DNA from: Macrostomum lignano
Taxonomy: Eukaryota
Assembly (NCBI GenBank): GCA_002269645.1
Contig: NIVC01003095.1
Span: 55,763 to 119,762 of the forward strand
Direction: 5' to 3'
DNA: 64,000 nucleotides
This document shows, piece by piece, positions 62,401 through 64,000 of this stretch (position 1 is its first letter; each line of letters starts with the position of its first letter). The notes below the pieces were generated by a model that saw only the letters and a program-made list of their open reading frames with translations, had not been told where the DNA came from and made no database searches. The position numbers were made by a program, and so were the translations under genes.

Positions 62401-64000
62401 AAAATGTTCCGCAGAGCAGCACTTCAGAAGAGAGCGCTCAAGATGCTCCAATTGTTGAAGATGAAATCGGAGATCCTAATCTGCCAAAGTGCCTTCGCAA
62501 TCCGTTCACAGACCAGTTCAAAAAGATGAGGCAAGACTTTTTCAATGAAAACATAACAAAAGTATCACATTTGAAACAGTGCTACGTGTGTAGGGAAAAG
62601 TTTCCTGGAAAATATTTTAGCATCGATTCTGAAGACATGTGCGATCGTTGTTTCAGAGATGACAATGAGCCGAAATCGTTTAGCCAAGAAAACAATGCGA
62701 TTCCGATGTTGGAGCAGCCAGAAGATTTGCAAGATTTGAGTGTAGCAGAGCAAATGTTGATTTCGCCAGTTTTGTCGGTTATTGTTGTGGTACAAATTTT
62801 TCCCCAAAAGCAAACAAAATCGAGAGGACACGGAATCATGTTGCCTCAAGATCAGTCGCACGTTTTGCGAGAGCTGCCAAGACGATCTCTGCCAGTTGTT
62901 TTAATGTACGACGAAAGAGCCCGTGTTCAGCCTGGAGAAGCGCAAAGCGGCACAATGAACAATTTGCGAGTTCGACGCGACAAAGTGACTAATGCGATGC
63001 GCTATTTAATGGCAAACAACAAGTACTTTAGACAGTATCAGGTTTCAATGAATAATGATGCGTTGCTACATCTGCCTGAAGATGGTTATGCTCATCAAGT
63101 AGAAGGTATGATTGTCGAAATGCAGTGAAGTGAATTTCGAGGCTGACAATGAAGTGAATTTCGAGGCGGCACAGCAAGAAGGCGCTCAGCCAGAGCTGAG
63201 CGATTGCAGCAACAAGTAGAAAAAAATGCGGACGAGACGAACGAGCTCGAGGAAACAATTAGTTCGCTGTTGGAGACTCCTTTGCGTCGATTGGAATCGG
63301 CAGTACGAGACAAATTTTGAGTGAAAAATTGAAATGGCCAGCAAGAAGCAACGAGCCGGTAAACGAATTTCAGGATGAAGGATATTTTACATTGGCTTAT
63401 CCTCATCTCTTTCGGATGGAGCAGGAGATTATAGTACGCCACGTAATTTTGGACTAAGTTTGGGCGACTATGCAAAGCATTTGATGCAATTCCGGTGTCC
63501 AAGATTTCGTACCGATTTGCGGCTTTTAAATTTTACATTGAAAATATGGTGATGCGTTGGAGGGCGCTGGAAGTTGGTCGCGTGTTTGTACACGACAACA
63601 AGTATGCTGGATTAAGTGCCAAGGAAATGATTGAAGCACTAAATGACCCGGCAGTATTGGCTAGCGTGTCAGTTCGAGCATCAGATTTGCGAGGCACAAG
63701 CGCTTATTGGCAGAGTAAAGGACGGCAATTGGAAGCCATGATTCGAACGCTTGGTGTTCCTCATTTTTTTCGTGACACTATCGCAGCAGATGTACATTGG
63801 CCAGAGTTGCAGCATGCCTGGGGAATCGATGCAGAGCAATATGAAAGCAATGTAGAACTAAGAGCCAGAAATGTTGTCAAAGTTTGCAAAAAGATCCGGA
63901 ATGGCAGACACTGTGTTTTGGTTGCGATTTGAAACATGTTTGAAACGTTTTTTGGTCGAGCACTGGAAAGTAAACGATTATTGGTTTCGCATAGAATATC
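59475..64000 (+). CDS. Longest Helentron transposase copy: exons 59475..59553, 60335..60706, 60892..>64000 (AT-hook, OTU, Zn/DUF6570-like, Rep N-terminus); frameshifted after 63128
   Basis: Motifs include LQDLSVAEQMLISPV, LRVRRDKVTNAMRYL, WPARSNEPVNEF..YFTLAYPHLF, LRGTSAYW and AADVHWPEL. The final bases encode WFRIEY, the start of Rep motif 2 (W-x-R-x-E-x-Q-x-RG). These motifs are recognised from memory of Helitron2/Helentron proteins. Confidence 0.85.

Larger units (their letters stand above)
28478..64000 (+). mobile_element. Complex array of ~8 truncated/rearranged copies of the 5' part of a Helentron/Helitron2-type element
   Basis: Identical ORF sets recur at offsets of 2218, 2975, 4367/4369 and 11471/11473 bp. 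The last copy runs into Rep-N motifs. Confidence 0.85.

Overview
Eukaryotic, repeat-rich DNA with GT-AG introns, probably from an invertebrate animal (inference). The 1-10 kb region holds a 5'-truncated, frameshifted RTE-type LINE, a decayed racemase paralogue, an intact 3-exon serine/aspartate racemase-family gene (- strand), a 3-exon PH-domain gene with a Gly/Pro/Tyr-rich tail (- strand), two tRNA-derived SINE copies and intronic minisatellites. The 14-28.5 kb region holds a young Ty3/Gypsy LTR retrotransposon (2-kb LTRs, tRNA-Leu PBS, PPT, RT-RH-IN, no protease, 3' LTR cut short) directly after an older related LTR. From 28.5 kb to the end lies an array of about eight near-identical, variably truncated copies of the 5' part of a Helentron/Helitron2-type element, whose spliced gene reads AT-hook, OTU, DUF6570-like, Rep N-terminus. 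All or part of a ~530-bp module bounded by two hairpin palindromes occurs, in either orientation, at every junction of the array. One of its hairpins is present in two loop isomers (flip/flop), and several junctions carry templated filler DNA. All coordinates were read by eye and no database searches were run.
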